DNA of 64,000 bases, taken from NCBI GenBank assembly GCA_016707705.1, contig JADJHD010000004.1, positions 24,960 to 88,959 on the forward strand, read 5' to 3'. Source of the stretch: Bacteroidales bacterium (GTDB taxonomy: Bacteria > Bacteroidota > Bacteroidia > Bacteroidales > UBA4417). Numbering within the stretch: position 1 is the first letter of the stretch; each line of letters begins with the position of its first letter. A program made the translations under genes and the position numbers. Shown piece by piece: positions 39,672-50,272 of this stretch. The notes beneath the pieces are model-generated. The model worked only from the letters and a program-made list of their open reading frames with translations. It was not told where the DNA came from and searched no databases.

Positions 39672-40646
39672 TTATTTGAGCAGTTCCTTTACAATAAGTT
39701 CTTCCTTGATTCCTTCAGCTTCTGCCTTGTAGTTTCTTACGATTCGATGACGGAGGATAGCTGTTGAAACTGCCATTACGTCTTCGATATCAGGTGAATA
39801 CTTTCCATTGACGGCAGCATGGCATTTAGCTCCCAGGATGAGATATTGCGAGGCACGCGGACCAGCACCCCAGGTAAGGTAGTTATTCGCCCATGGATGA
39901 GCTGAAGCAGTTCCGGGCCTGGTTTTGGATGCCAGATTCACAGCATACTGATATACATTGTCGGCAACAGGGATGCGGCGGATGAGTTCCTGGAAATAGG
40001 TGATTTCATCAGCTTCCAGAATAACATTCACATCGGCAGAGTAATTTGCAGTAGTGGTTTTTACCACGCGAATCTCTTCCTCAAAAGAAGGATAATCGAG
40101 CCATATATTAAACATAAAGCGGTCGAGCTGAGCTTCAGGCAGGGGATAGGTTCCTTCCTGCTCGATAGGGTTCTGTGTTGCAAGAACAAAGAAAGGCTCC
40201 TGAAGCTTATGGCTTATACCGGCAACAGTAACAGCCTTTTCCTGCATTGCCTCCAAAAGGGCACTTTGGGTTTTGGGCGGAGTTCTGTTAATCTCATCAG
40301 CAAGGATGATATTGGCGAACACAGGGCCCTTAATGAATTTAAAATGGCGGTTCTCGTCGAGGATTTCAGTTCCGATGATATCACTTGGCATCAGGTCAGG
40401 TGTAAACTGAATCCTGCTGTAGGATAGTCCGAGCGCCTTTGAAATCGTATTTACGAGCAAGGTTTTGGCCAGTCCGGGAACACCAACAAGCAAGCCGTGG
40501 CCCTTGCTGAAAATGGCAATAAGAACATTCTTTACAACCTCATCCTGCCCTACTATTACTTTCCCGATCTCGGAACGCAGCGCATTGTATTTTACAACAA
40601 AAGCATCCAGTGCTTCTGTGTCTGATTTATATGGTGTCATTGGCAT
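39672..40646 (-). CDS. MoxR-family AAA+ ATPase
   Basis: Walker A GVPGLAKT, Walker B ILADEINR, 324 aa typical MoxR. Confidence 0.88.
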   Translation of the reverse strand: MPMTPYKSDTEALDAFVVKYNALRSEIGKVIVGQDEVVKNVLIAIFSKGHGLLVGVPGLAKTLLVNTISKALGLSYSRIQFTPDLMPSDIIGTEILDENRHFKFIKGPVFANIILADEINRTPPKTQSALLEAMQEKAVTVAGISHKLQEPFFVLATQNPIEQEGTYPLPEAQLDRFMFNIWLDYPSFEEEIRVVKTTTANYSADVNVILEADEITYFQELIRRIPVADNVYQYAVNLASKTRPGTASAHPWANNYLTWGAGPRASQYLILGAKCHAAVNGKYSPDIEDVMAVSTAILRHRIVRNYKAEAEGIKEELIVKELLK

Positions 40647-40673
40647 CGCCTGTTTAATAATTAATAAAAGATG

Positions 40674-42038
40674 CTATTTAACTGCAGTGCCATCCAGGTT
40701 CCAGTCGTAACGCAGTTCGCAGTCCTTGAAACGGTCATTTATACGGATATAGGCTGTTTTAGCCTTTTCTTCTATCCATTTGCCCATTGCGGCTTCCTTC
40801 TTTTTATTGAGAGCCCATTCCTGAATCTTGTCGTAATCATCCTTGATATTGGCCCTGTGCGGATCGGTGCGCAGTTTGAGGTATAGAAGCCTGTAAGCCT
40901 GAGTGCCATCTTCGGTAGCAAAGGGTACAGCCCTTGAGGTTTCACCAACCTTCAGCTTGTCAATTGTGAAAAATACCTTTGGGTCAAGTTCATCAGCAGG
41001 CCAGCGGGTATTTCCGCTATTAGTGTTTTGCATCAGGCCTCCATTTACTTTCCCCGGATCGTCGCTGAATTTCTTGACTGCCTGCTCAAAAGTGATGGAA
41101 TCAAGCCTGATCAGGTCGGATATACTGTCGAGCTTGCTGCTGGCAACTACCAAATCAGTAGGAGAAACTTTAGGGACAATCAGGATATGTCGGGCATTGA
41201 CATATTCACCTTTTCTTTCAATCAACTGAAGAATATGATAACCGGCTTTGGTTTTGATGATTTCCGAAACATCGCCCTTGTTCTTGAGGTTGAAGGCGGC
41301 AGCTTCAAATTCGGGATACATGGTTCCACGTCCGAAGAGTCCAAGTTCACCTCCCTTGGCTGCGGAACCTGGGTCTTCGGAGTACAGAATTGCCAGTGTG
41401 GCAAACTTCTCACCTTTCAGAACCCTGTCGCGGAGGTTGCTGATCTTTTCCCTTGAAAGGCTCAGCTCTTCATTGCTTACCGGTGGCTGCTTAACAATTT
41501 GTCCTATTTCATACTCAGTAGGAATGATGGGTACGCTGTCGGGAGGCAACTGGGCAAAATAGGCTTTGATTTCTGAAGGAGTAACCTTGATGCTTTCGGT
41601 AATCTTCCCCTGCATCTGAGCAGCCAGCATTTCCTGGCGCAAAGGCTCCTTGAGTTCAGCCTTGAATTCAACTACAGATTTGTCATAGAAGCTTTCAAGT
41701 TTTTCCTGTGATCCGAATTGCTGGATATAATAGCGCAAACGGCGGTCAAGTTCCGAATCCACCTGATCATCACCAACCACAAGACTGTCAATCTCTGACT
41801 GGTATAAGAGGAGCTTTTGAAACATCAGGTCCTCAAATATCCTGCAGCGCATCTCCACAGGGTCACCTGCACCACCCTGGGCACGCATTTGCTGGTATTG
41901 ATTTTCAACATCCGACCAGAGTATTGGATGTCCACCTATCACTGCTACAATTTCATCCACAATCTTATCCTGTGCTTTCACATGGTTAAGGGTGGCAGTA
42001 AGCAGTAATATAAGGCTAAACAGGATGATCTTTCTCAT
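40674..42038 (-). CDS. SurA-like periplasmic peptidylprolyl isomerase (parvulin domain)
   Basis: Signal peptide, SurA N-like domain and PpiC motif (GGELGLFGRGTMYPEFE...TKAGYHILQL). Confidence 0.75.
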   Translation of the reverse strand: MRKIILFSLILLLTATLNHVKAQDKIVDEIVAVIGGHPILWSDVENQYQQMRAQGGAGDPVEMRCRIFEDLMFQKLLLYQSEIDSLVVGDDQVDSELDRRLRYYIQQFGSQEKLESFYDKSVVEFKAELKEPLRQEMLAAQMQGKITESIKVTPSEIKAYFAQLPPDSVPIIPTEYEIGQIVKQPPVSNEELSLSREKISNLRDRVLKGEKFATLAILYSEDPGSAAKGGELGLFGRGTMYPEFEAAAFNLKNKGDVSEIIKTKAGYHILQLIERKGEYVNARHILIVPKVSPTDLVVASSKLDSISDLIRLDSITFEQAVKKFSDDPGKVNGGLMQNTNSGNTRWPADELDPKVFFTIDKLKVGETSRAVPFATEDGTQAYRLLYLKLRTDPHRANIKDDYDKIQEWALNKKKEAAMGKWIEEKAKTAYIRINDRFKDCELRYDWNLDGTAVK

Positions 42039-42049
42039 GCGGACGTTTA

Positions 42050-42907
42050 TTAGTATGAATAGATTTCAAAATTCTTTTTTCCCAAAGCAGCTTTGTACAG
42101 ATCTTCTTCCATTCCGGAAATAAGGCCTGATTTGCGCTTGTTCAGCAGGATTGCCCTGATGTTGGCAATTTCAAAACTCAAAGGGGATATGCTTTCTTTT
42201 ACTTTATATTCCTTAACTCTGACGAAATACCGAAAGGTTGAGTCCTCAGTTTCGAAATAAGGGTTCTTTCCAAGAAACTCAAGCTGGTCAGTTACTTTAA
42301 CCGGAACTTTACCGGCAAGTTCTGCAAACGAAATCCAGCCCTGTTCATCAAGTTGAAAGACTGCTGCATGCTGCTGACATAATTCTGTGAGCTTTTCAAC
42401 ATCAGCTGGTTTATCACTCTTAATCAGCTGCCTGAATTTGGGTGCAAGAGGGGTATTGCGGCTTACAGAAACATAGGAAGCCCTGAGGATATTCTCATGC
42501 AGCAGGAAGTTCGCCTGATTCTGATTGTAGTAATCCTCAATTTCCTTCATGCTCAGTGTTGTATCCAGCTTTTGCCTGATCAGTTCTGATTCATACTGGA
42601 AGATTACAAGTGAATTGCGATACTGCTGAACTTGTTTTTCGAAATTCATCTGCTCATCACTCAGGTTTGATTCTGCCTGATGAAGCAGCAATTCCTGCTT
42701 GATCCAGTTGTTGATATAGCTCTTGGTGATATCTATACTATCCTTGCTGCTGGTTCCTGAAGGCACCAATCCCTGCATGTCGCTGGTATAGAGATATTTC
42801 TCATACACCCGGGCAATGGGTTTTCCTTTTTTGCCCGACTCCCCAAAATACTTGCAGGAGGTAAGCGCAAAAGTCAGGATTGCAAGAAACAGAACAGATT
42901 TCATCAT
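42050..42907 (-). CDS. hypothetical periplasmic lipoprotein in chaperone operon
   Basis: Lipobox LTSC; no catalytic motif recognised; between two PPIase genes, 4-nt overlap with upstream gene. Confidence 0.45.
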   Translation of the reverse strand: MMKSVLFLAILTFALTSCKYFGESGKKGKPIARVYEKYLYTSDMQGLVPSGTSSKDSIDITKSYINNWIKQELLLHQAESNLSDEQMNFEKQVQQYRNSLVIFQYESELIRQKLDTTLSMKEIEDYYNQNQANFLLHENILRASYVSVSRNTPLAPKFRQLIKSDKPADVEKLTELCQQHAAVFQLDEQGWISFAELAGKVPVKVTDQLEFLGKNPYFETEDSTFRYFVRVKEYKVKESISPLSFEIANIRAILLNKRKSGLISGMEEDLYKAALGKKNFEIYSY

Positions 42908-44898
42908 TGTTTTTCAAACAGACTGGAAAATATATCTTTCTTTACTTCCACCTCGTACTTGGCACGAAGTTCAGCAATCCATTCCTTCTCCAGAAAATTC
43001 TGATAATCGGCAGTAATAATTCCCCTTGCTTCGTGCAATTCCTTAGGTTCGGGCTGCACAAGTCGGTGAATTACCACAAGGGTGTTTTTGCCGGCTTTAG
43101 TCATGAAAGGTCCGTAGGTTCCGGCTTTCCACTCCAAACTATCGACTACCATGTTTTCACCGCGAAGGAATTTCTTATGCTCGATGCTGATTTTCTGGAT
43201 AGTATCCTGATTTATGGCAGCGAGAATCTGTGCATCGCTCAACCCTTTCTTGACCATTTTCTTCAATCCCTTGACAACACCGGGGTCATTGATGGTTATA
43301 ATGGAAGCATCCAGTCGCTGTTCCCACATATAGTTATTCCTGTTCTTAACATAGAACTGCTGAAGTCCAACAGTATCCTTAACGGCCTTGGTCCAGACCT
43401 TTTTATCGGTAAGATCGAACAACAGGATGCCATCATGATATTCAGTCATCAAGGCCTTGAAATCAGGATACTTGTTTTCGAGCTGACTATCAGCATACTT
43501 CATTACTGCATCATCAACAAATTCCTTGTATTGTGAGTTTAGAAATGCAGGTATATCCTTTTTGGCGCCCTTACGCTGGGCCGCTGCCAGATATTTTGCG
43601 AATTCGGGTTGGGTATAGGTGCGGGTCCCAATTGTAAACATCGGTTTGGTAAGAGCATCAGCTTGCTGAACTTTCCAGGATGCATTGAAAATTGAATCGG
43701 TCACAATGCTGTTAAACTCCTGGAGGCTGGATGGGTCTTCCCTGAAGCCATATTCACCCTTGGTTAAATTAAGAAATGACTCTTTGGAAATATTAACCCT
43801 GTCGTTCTTGGCAATCTTCTGCCTGATTTCTTCCTTTTCATCGTCAAAGGATCCTATCGGCTTGCGATCGTTCAGCTTTACGATATGCCATCCGAAACTG
43901 GTCTGGAAAGGTTCTGAGTAATCTCCGGTCTTCTTAAGTTTATTGATGGTTTGAATGAACTCAGGAAGCATTCGGTTAACGCCGAACCAGGGCAGTACTC
44001 CACCCTTATCAGAAGAGCTCTTGTCGTCGGAGAATTTCTTTGCTACTGCACCAAAGTCATTGCCATTGCGGAGCATTGTATAAGCCAGATTTGCTGAATC
44101 TGCTACCTTGAGGGAGTCGTCAAGGGTACCGTTTTTGGGAAAGATCAGGATGATGTGTGCAATCTGAACCTTACCCATTGCAGGGAGTTTATCGGTGAGT
44201 TTGATGAGGTGGTAGCCGAAATCGGTGCGGATAGGCATGCTGATGTCGCCAACTTTCATATTGTATGCGGCATTTTCGAAGCCATATACCATGTCGAAGG
44301 CTGTGAAATAACCAAGATCGCCCTGATTGCCGGGAATGGTCTTGCCTTCAGCCGTTCTGCTATGTGCGGAAGGATCATCAGATTCAGTTGATGCGAGCTT
44401 TCCAAAATCTTCACCTTTCAATACTCTCTTTCTGATTTGCATGATTTTATTCCAGGCAGCAAGAGTGTCGGCGGCAGAGGCAAACCTGTCAACCTTAACC
44501 AGGATATGGCTGCCCCTAACATCTGAAAGCTTTCTGGTAAATGCTTCCTGAATCAATGCATCGGTAGCCTTGTTATTGGTAAGGTATGGCTGAGTAAGTT
44601 GCTTGCGGTAGGAAGACAGTTCATCAATGAAAGTTTTGATGGTGTCCATGCCAAGGGTTTTGGCTTCCCTGACTTTTAACCTGAAATTGATATAAAGGTC
44701 GAGATACTCTTCAAGGGACTGACGATCCATTGCTTCTCCCTTTGGATTATTCTTCTGATATACTTTCAGGAACTCTCCCCGGGTAATTGATTCATCAGCA
44801 ACCTTAAGCATAACCGGGTCATTACTCTGGGCCTTCACTGACTGAATAAGGCTAATAAACACCAGGAGCATTAAGGAAATGGATAATCTCTGTTTCAT
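42904..44898 (-). CDS. PpiD/SurA-like peptidylprolyl isomerase with two parvulin domains
   Basis: 664 aa, signal peptide, motifs DLGYFTAFDMVYGFENA...DFGYHLIKL and GVLPWFGVNRMLPEF...SFGWHIVKL. Confidence 0.72.
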   Translation of the reverse strand: MKQRLSISLMLLVFISLIQSVKAQSNDPVMLKVADESITRGEFLKVYQKNNPKGEAMDRQSLEEYLDLYINFRLKVREAKTLGMDTIKTFIDELSSYRKQLTQPYLTNNKATDALIQEAFTRKLSDVRGSHILVKVDRFASAADTLAAWNKIMQIRKRVLKGEDFGKLASTESDDPSAHSRTAEGKTIPGNQGDLGYFTAFDMVYGFENAAYNMKVGDISMPIRTDFGYHLIKLTDKLPAMGKVQIAHIILIFPKNGTLDDSLKVADSANLAYTMLRNGNDFGAVAKKFSDDKSSSDKGGVLPWFGVNRMLPEFIQTINKLKKTGDYSEPFQTSFGWHIVKLNDRKPIGSFDDEKEEIRQKIAKNDRVNISKESFLNLTKGEYGFREDPSSLQEFNSIVTDSIFNASWKVQQADALTKPMFTIGTRTYTQPEFAKYLAAAQRKGAKKDIPAFLNSQYKEFVDDAVMKYADSQLENKYPDFKALMTEYHDGILLFDLTDKKVWTKAVKDTVGLQQFYVKNRNNYMWEQRLDASIITINDPGVVKGLKKMVKKGLSDAQILAAINQDTIQKISIEHKKFLRGENMVVDSLEWKAGTYGPFMTKAGKNTLVVIHRLVQPEPKELHEARGIITADYQNFLEKEWIAELRAKYEVEVKKDIFSSLFEKQ

Positions 44899-44999
44899 TT
44901 GTTTGGGTATTTCAAATTGACATCCTGCTCTGGCATTGCCATTGAGACAGGCTGGAGGGTTAAAAAATGGGTTTCTGTTACTCTGGTTTCTGGGGCACT

Positions 45000-46469
45000 T
45001 TATCTACTGTAATTCGGGGCTTCACTGGTGATAGTGATATCATGCGGATGGCTTTCTATAACGCCGGCAGAGGTTACCTTTATAAACCTGGCTTTTTGGA
45101 GGGATTCAATATTCATGGAACCTGTATAGCCCATACCGGCACGAAGTCCTCCAACCATTTGATGGATTACTTCCGAAAGAGTTCCCTTATAAGGTACCCT
45201 GCCTACAATGCCTTCGGGCACGAGTTTTTTGATATCATCTTCAGCATCCTGGAAATAACGGTCCTTTGAGCCTTTCTGCATGGCTTCGATGGAGCCCATT
45301 CCACGGTAAGTCTTGTACTTGCGGCCTTCGTAAATAATGGTTTCTCCTGGTGATTCTTCAACTCCTGCGAACAGTGAACCAGCCATAATGCTGGATGCTC
45401 CTGCTGCAAGGGCTTTCACGATATCACCGGTGTAACGGATACCGCCATCGGCTATTACTGGAATTCCCGTGCCTTTGAGAGCGGTCGAAACGTTATAGAT
45501 GGCAGACAACTGAGGAACCCCGATTCCGGCAATAATACGTGTGGTGCAGATTGAACCGGGACCTATTCCTACCTTAACAGCGTCGGCACCTGCATTGGCA
45601 AGAGCAATAGCAGCTTCAGCAGTGGCAATATTTCCGATAATCACTTCCAGATCCGGGAATCTGCTCTTAACAAGGCGGGCAGTTTCGATAACTCCCCTGG
45701 AATGTCCATGGGCGGTGTCGATAACGATAGCATCAACTGAATTCTTTACCAGTTCGGCAACTCTTTCGAGTACATCACCGGTAACGCCTACTGCTGCAGC
45801 AACCCTTAATCTTCCCCTCTCATCCTTGCAGGCGTTTGGCCTAGCCTTGATCTTGATAATATCCTTGTAGGTGATGAGTCCAACCAGTCTGTAGTTCTTA
45901 TCGACAACAGGCAGTTTTTCAATCTTATACTGCTGCAGGATGTCAGCAGCTTTCTCGAAATCAGTGAATTCAGTGGTAGTAATGAGGTTCTCCCTGGTCA
46001 TGACCTCATTGATGGGCCTTGAAGGATTGCGTTCAAACCTCAGGTCGCGGTTGGTAATTATCCCCACAAGCTTACCATCGTTGTTCACGATTGGAATACC
46101 ACCAATCTTGAATTCCCTCATGATTTTGTGGGCATCCTCAACCAATGCGTCTTCCTTAAGGGTGATAGGTTCAACGATCATACCGTTTTCGGCACGTTTA
46201 ACCTTGTACACCTCATTGCCCTGATCCTCGATGCTCATATTCTTGTGCATCACCCCAATTCCGCCCTCCTGAGCCATGGCAATTGCCATAGTACTTCCGG
46301 TGACTGTATCCATCGCTGCAGATACAATCGGAATATTCATTCTAATCTTTCGGGTGAGCAGGGAAGAGATGTCAACATCGCGTGGCAAAACTTCGGAATA
46401 TGCCGGGACGAGAAGCACGTCATCGTAGGTCAATCCTTCGCCGGCAAATTTTTGATCATCAGTAAACAT
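45000..46469 (-). CDS. guaB: IMP dehydrogenase
   Basis: 489 aa, CBS pair, active-site [11 protein letters not shown]. Confidence 0.93.
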   Translation of the reverse strand: MFTDDQKFAGEGLTYDDVLLVPAYSEVLPRDVDISSLLTRKIRMNIPIVSAAMDTVTGSTMAIAMAQEGGIGVMHKNMSIEDQGNEVYKVKRAENGMIVEPITLKEDALVEDAHKIMREFKIGGIPIVNNDGKLVGIITNRDLRFERNPSRPINEVMTRENLITTTEFTDFEKAADILQQYKIEKLPVVDKNYRLVGLITYKDIIKIKARPNACKDERGRLRVAAAVGVTGDVLERVAELVKNSVDAIVIDTAHGHSRGVIETARLVKSRFPDLEVIIGNIATAEAAIALANAGADAVKVGIGPGSICTTRIIAGIGVPQLSAIYNVSTALKGTGIPVIADGGIRYTGDIVKALAAGASSIMAGSLFAGVEESPGETIIYEGRKYKTYRGMGSIEAMQKGSKDRYFQDAEDDIKKLVPEGIVGRVPYKGTLSEVIHQMVGGLRAGMGYTGSMNIESLQKARFIKVTSAGVIESHPHDITITSEAPNYSR

Positions 46470-46702
46470 AGACCTTTATTTGAAGATGCAAATTTATTAA
46501 ATTTAACTAAAGGCTTTATTAAAAAATGTTAAGCCTTTATTACTGTAAAGGGTATTGACAAATAAATTTTATTTGTTGGAATATATATATTGAATTCGAT
46601 TTTGAAACTTCTGACTGAAGCAACCTTTGAATTCAGGTACAGTTGCATTATTTGGTCCCGGATTTTTAACCTTATTTCCCGGGTAGTGAGGCATGTTTTT
46701 AC

Positions 46703-48802
46703 CTATTGAACGAGTGTCACCAATCCTCGTTTTTCGAATGTTTCTCCATTGAAGGATGCATATGAAATGCGGTACATGTAAACATCCATCGGGGCTATGC
46801 TTCCTTTAATATAACCATCCCAGCCATTACCAAGGTCAGAGGTTTCGAAGATCATCTGGCCCCATTTATTGTATATCTGCATTGTAAAACTACCAGGCTG
46901 CACAAAAGCCTGAACAGGGCGGAAGCGGTTATTTAATCCTGTCGGATTGAAGGCATTTGGCATATAGAGCACCGGTTCTCTTAAGGCGCAGGCTGTATTT
47001 GAATTTGAGAATGCGCCTGAAGCTACCGGGTTTCCGGCATTTTCAATTGCCTTGATGTAGTAGCAGGCCTGTGCCGAGGGTTGAAGTGCATTCAGATTGT
47101 CAGTATACTCATAGGGGGGAGCAACAATGGAGGTTAGCGGACCAACAGGGTCGGGACTGCCATTTACAAGCCTGTAGATTTCATATTGCTCTACACCCTC
47201 TTCCCAGGTGGAATAGTCATTCCAGCTCAGCATGTTTATACTGTTGCCTGAAAGTGTGCACGTCAGCAAGATGGACCGTGCAATATTTGTTGAATATTTT
47301 GATACCTGGTTGCAGCTGTCCACCATGGTGAGACGGTAATAATAACTCTGACTGTGAACATCTGCAGTTTCATCGGTAAAGCTGTATTGCTGCGGCAGGT
47401 AGGTGTTACCTGTAGCCGCCAAGGTGTCAACTGCAGCAAAAGGACCAGCAGGTGAATCCGAGCGTTCAAGCAAGAGCGTCTGTACCCTGTCGGCGGGAGA
47501 ATAGTAATATTTTACCTCAACCGACTCATCATTTATTACTGATGCCTGAATAATGTAGATTGAATCTGGCTTGACAGGTCCATGGTAGGTTTTGATTTTC
47601 AGACAGGAGGTGGAACTACCTTCTCCTGTCAGGCTGAAGGCCCTAACGAAATATGTATAGGTATTTCCATTGATGAATTCCCAGGAATCCGTGTAGGCAT
47701 TTACAGAAGTGGCAACTGTATCAATTGCAATGGGTGGATCGTTGTTTTCCTGACGGTAGATGTAGTAACCTCCCATTCCTCCCGGCATATTCTCATAGGA
47801 ATTCCAGTCGAGCTGCACCTTGCTTTCGCAGGGATCAATGTCACTCACATTGAGCAGGATGTTGTGGGGTGAAACGGCATGGTATATATTGGCACTGCCG
47901 TTATTGCAGCCATCTGTGGAGACAATGGCATAATAGTATTCCTTATTGTCGAAACAGGGATTTGCAAGGATGTCAATATATTGATTGATCCCATTCGGAA
48001 CCCATCCAATGGAATCAAAGATGCCTGTTCCTGTGATGGAACGGTAAATCTTGTAGCCAATTACATCCGGAGTGGGACTGCTGCTCCATCCTAAAATAAC
48101 AGAACTTGTAAGAGTCCCTGAAGGATCCTGATAAATGCTTACTGTATCAGCCACAGGCGGTTCTGGTTGTCCCTGATCACTGAATATCCCTGTAGCATCG
48201 TTTGAAATGGATGAGCAGCCTGTACTCAGCGGATATTGATCAAAACGAATCCTGTAGTGCACTGTCGTAGGACTGCAAAAAGGAGCAGTGAGGGTGTCAT
48301 AATACGTAAAGCTGATGCTGTGACTGGTATATTGAATGGTGTCCAAAAGATTCCAGAAAGGAGCCTCATAGCGTTCAATGTAATAGGTTCCGTTTAGGGA
48401 GGTATGAATAGGATTCCAGTCCAGTTTTGCCACACCCGGATTGGCTGTTGTAACAACCAACCTGATTGAGGAAATGGGATGCCCGTAGGGTGATACAGTC
48501 AGGGGGTGAAAAATCACTTCGACATTGAAACGGTTAACCCGGCCATCGGTTCCGGTAATGGGGTAGGTGTCTTCCGGACCGGTGGGAATGACATTGAAGG
48601 AACCTGACAGGAATCCGGATGCATCGCTGTAATTGACTTCGTAGAAAGTAACCTGTGTAAAATCGGTAGGATGAGTCGTAACTTTAATAACTCCTGTTGC
48701 TGAATCCACCGAAACGCAATAGTAATCCTGGGCCGAGATGCTGAAGGTGCAAATGGTCAACAATGCCAGAATAATTATATAGCGGGCTTTTTTGAAAGGC
48801 AT
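46703..48802 (-). CDS. T9SS type B sorting (gliding-motility-associated C-terminal) domain cargo protein
   Basis: Signal peptide; Ig/FN3-like repeats; C-terminus MPNAFNPTG...NRFRP...IYNKWGQMIFE...GWDGY typical of TIGR04131-type CTD (recalled). Confidence 0.7.
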   Translation of the reverse strand: MPFKKARYIIILALLTICTFSISAQDYYCVSVDSATGVIKVTTHPTDFTQVTFYEVNYSDASGFLSGSFNVIPTGPEDTYPITGTDGRVNRFNVEVIFHPLTVSPYGHPISSIRLVVTTANPGVAKLDWNPIHTSLNGTYYIERYEAPFWNLLDTIQYTSHSISFTYYDTLTAPFCSPTTVHYRIRFDQYPLSTGCSSISNDATGIFSDQGQPEPPVADTVSIYQDPSGTLTSSVILGWSSSPTPDVIGYKIYRSITGTGIFDSIGWVPNGINQYIDILANPCFDNKEYYYAIVSTDGCNNGSANIYHAVSPHNILLNVSDIDPCESKVQLDWNSYENMPGGMGGYYIYRQENNDPPIAIDTVATSVNAYTDSWEFINGNTYTYFVRAFSLTGEGSSTSCLKIKTYHGPVKPDSIYIIQASVINDESVEVKYYYSPADRVQTLLLERSDSPAGPFAAVDTLAATGNTYLPQQYSFTDETADVHSQSYYYRLTMVDSCNQVSKYSTNIARSILLTCTLSGNSINMLSWNDYSTWEEGVEQYEIYRLVNGSPDPVGPLTSIVAPPYEYTDNLNALQPSAQACYYIKAIENAGNPVASGAFSNSNTACALREPVLYMPNAFNPTGLNNRFRPVQAFVQPGSFTMQIYNKWGQMIFETSDLGNGWDGYIKGSIAPMDVYMYRISYASFNGETFEKRGLVTLVQ

Positions 48803-48882
48803 TCCGGGTTAGACTTTACTACAGTTTACTAACGCAATTTGAGATAAAAAAGTATATGTCAAATGATTGAAAGCGGCCAATG

Positions 48883-50190
48883 CTAAATGCTCAGACTTGC
48901 CTCCAGTTCAGGATTGCCGACCACCAGTCGGAACATCTGATCGGGATTCAGGTATTTTTCTGCCAATGCCCTCAAACTCTCACTGCTTATACCCTGAATG
49001 GTTTCCAGCATTGAGTAATGGAAGGAGCTGTCGAGGCCGTGCTCCATAACATCCCTGTATACATCAGCCATTGCAAAGGGTCCATCTATTCCTCTCAGGA
49101 ATGAGCCCAGCAGGTAGTTCCTTACAAGGGTTAGTTCCTTCTCACCGGCTCTTTCTTCTGCTAACCTTAGCAGTTCAAGGCGGATTTGTGCAATGGCATC
49201 AACGGTTACATCTGAGCCAACTTCACAGGAAATGAAGAAGTATCCTCCATGTTTCAGAGGAATGGCTGCGGAACCAATTCCATAGGTGTAGCCCTTATCC
49301 TCCCTGAGGTTGTTCATTAATCTTGAGCCAAAATACCCGCCCAGCAATGTATTCAGAACCATAATTCCCTGATAGTCGGGATGGGACCTGTTGAACAGTG
49401 GCAATCCCATGCGGATGGCCGACTGCACGGCATCTGGCTTTGGATGGAAATGTGTTCTTTTTTCAGCAGTCTTAACCTCATGAACGATTTCCCGGTATTC
49501 ACCTTTTACCCATGAGTCACCACCGAAACTGCGTTCCAGACTATTTTTAAGTTCCGGATCAATTTTTCCGGCAACCATGATAATGCAATTGGAAGCGTGA
49601 TAATGACTTGAATGGAAGTCGCGGAGATGCGAAACCTGAATTTTATCGATATCTTCGGTAATCATGTAATTGCCGTAGGGGTGGCTCTTACCGAACAATA
49701 ATGAGTTGAATCGGGTTCTGGCAATGTAATTAACCTTTTGAAGATTAACCTCCAGCATCTGCCTTTGCTTACCTGAAAATGTAAGGAATTCCTGTTCGGG
49801 GAAAGCGGCTTCCTTTACTATTTCCATTAGCAGTGGAAGAGTGTTTTGCAGATGTTTGTTAAGGGTGTAAAGGCTTACATAGGCATTATCCTTCTCGGCT
49901 GTGGTTTCAAGATGCGCGCCATAGAAGTCCAGCTGGTCGGATATTCTTGCTGAGCTGTTATGCTTACTGCCTTCGCGCAACATCATATTGGTGGCAAGTG
50001 CAACGAAGTTATTCGCCTGAAACCAGCTTCCGGCCCTGAATATCAATTCAATCCTTACCAGTTCCTGCGTTCCTGCATCAAACTCTACTACCTTGATTCC
50101 ATTGGATAGGTAATAAATATCCGGCTCCTTAAGATTCCAGTTCTCAATGGATTGGCCCTTTGGTTCTATTTTTCGGTTTATTGTCTGCAT
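48883..50190 (-). CDS. M16-family peptidase, non-catalytic partner (no HxxEH)
   Basis: Insulinase fold-like sequence, lacks zinc motif; directly downstream of the catalytic M16 gene. Confidence 0.72.
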   Translation of the reverse strand: MQTINRKIEPKGQSIENWNLKEPDIYYLSNGIKVVEFDAGTQELVRIELIFRAGSWFQANNFVALATNMMLREGSKHNSSARISDQLDFYGAHLETTAEKDNAYVSLYTLNKHLQNTLPLLMEIVKEAAFPEQEFLTFSGKQRQMLEVNLQKVNYIARTRFNSLLFGKSHPYGNYMITEDIDKIQVSHLRDFHSSHYHASNCIIMVAGKIDPELKNSLERSFGGDSWVKGEYREIVHEVKTAEKRTHFHPKPDAVQSAIRMGLPLFNRSHPDYQGIMVLNTLLGGYFGSRLMNNLREDKGYTYGIGSAAIPLKHGGYFFISCEVGSDVTVDAIAQIRLELLRLAEERAGEKELTLVRNYLLGSFLRGIDGPFAMADVYRDVMEHGLDSSFHYSMLETIQGISSESLRALAEKYLNPDQMFRLVVGNPELEASLSI

Positions 50191-50272
50191 TTCAGTTAAT
50201 TTCTCGGTCCTTGCATCTTGATCTTTGCCTGATAATACCGGATTAGTTTCGTTCCGGCTGTAATCCTCTTTT

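Noticed and set aside
42880-43536. 218-aa plus-strand ORF
   Set aside because: It is entirely antisense to the well supported PpiD-like gene (42904-44898) and has a low-complexity, motif-free sequence.
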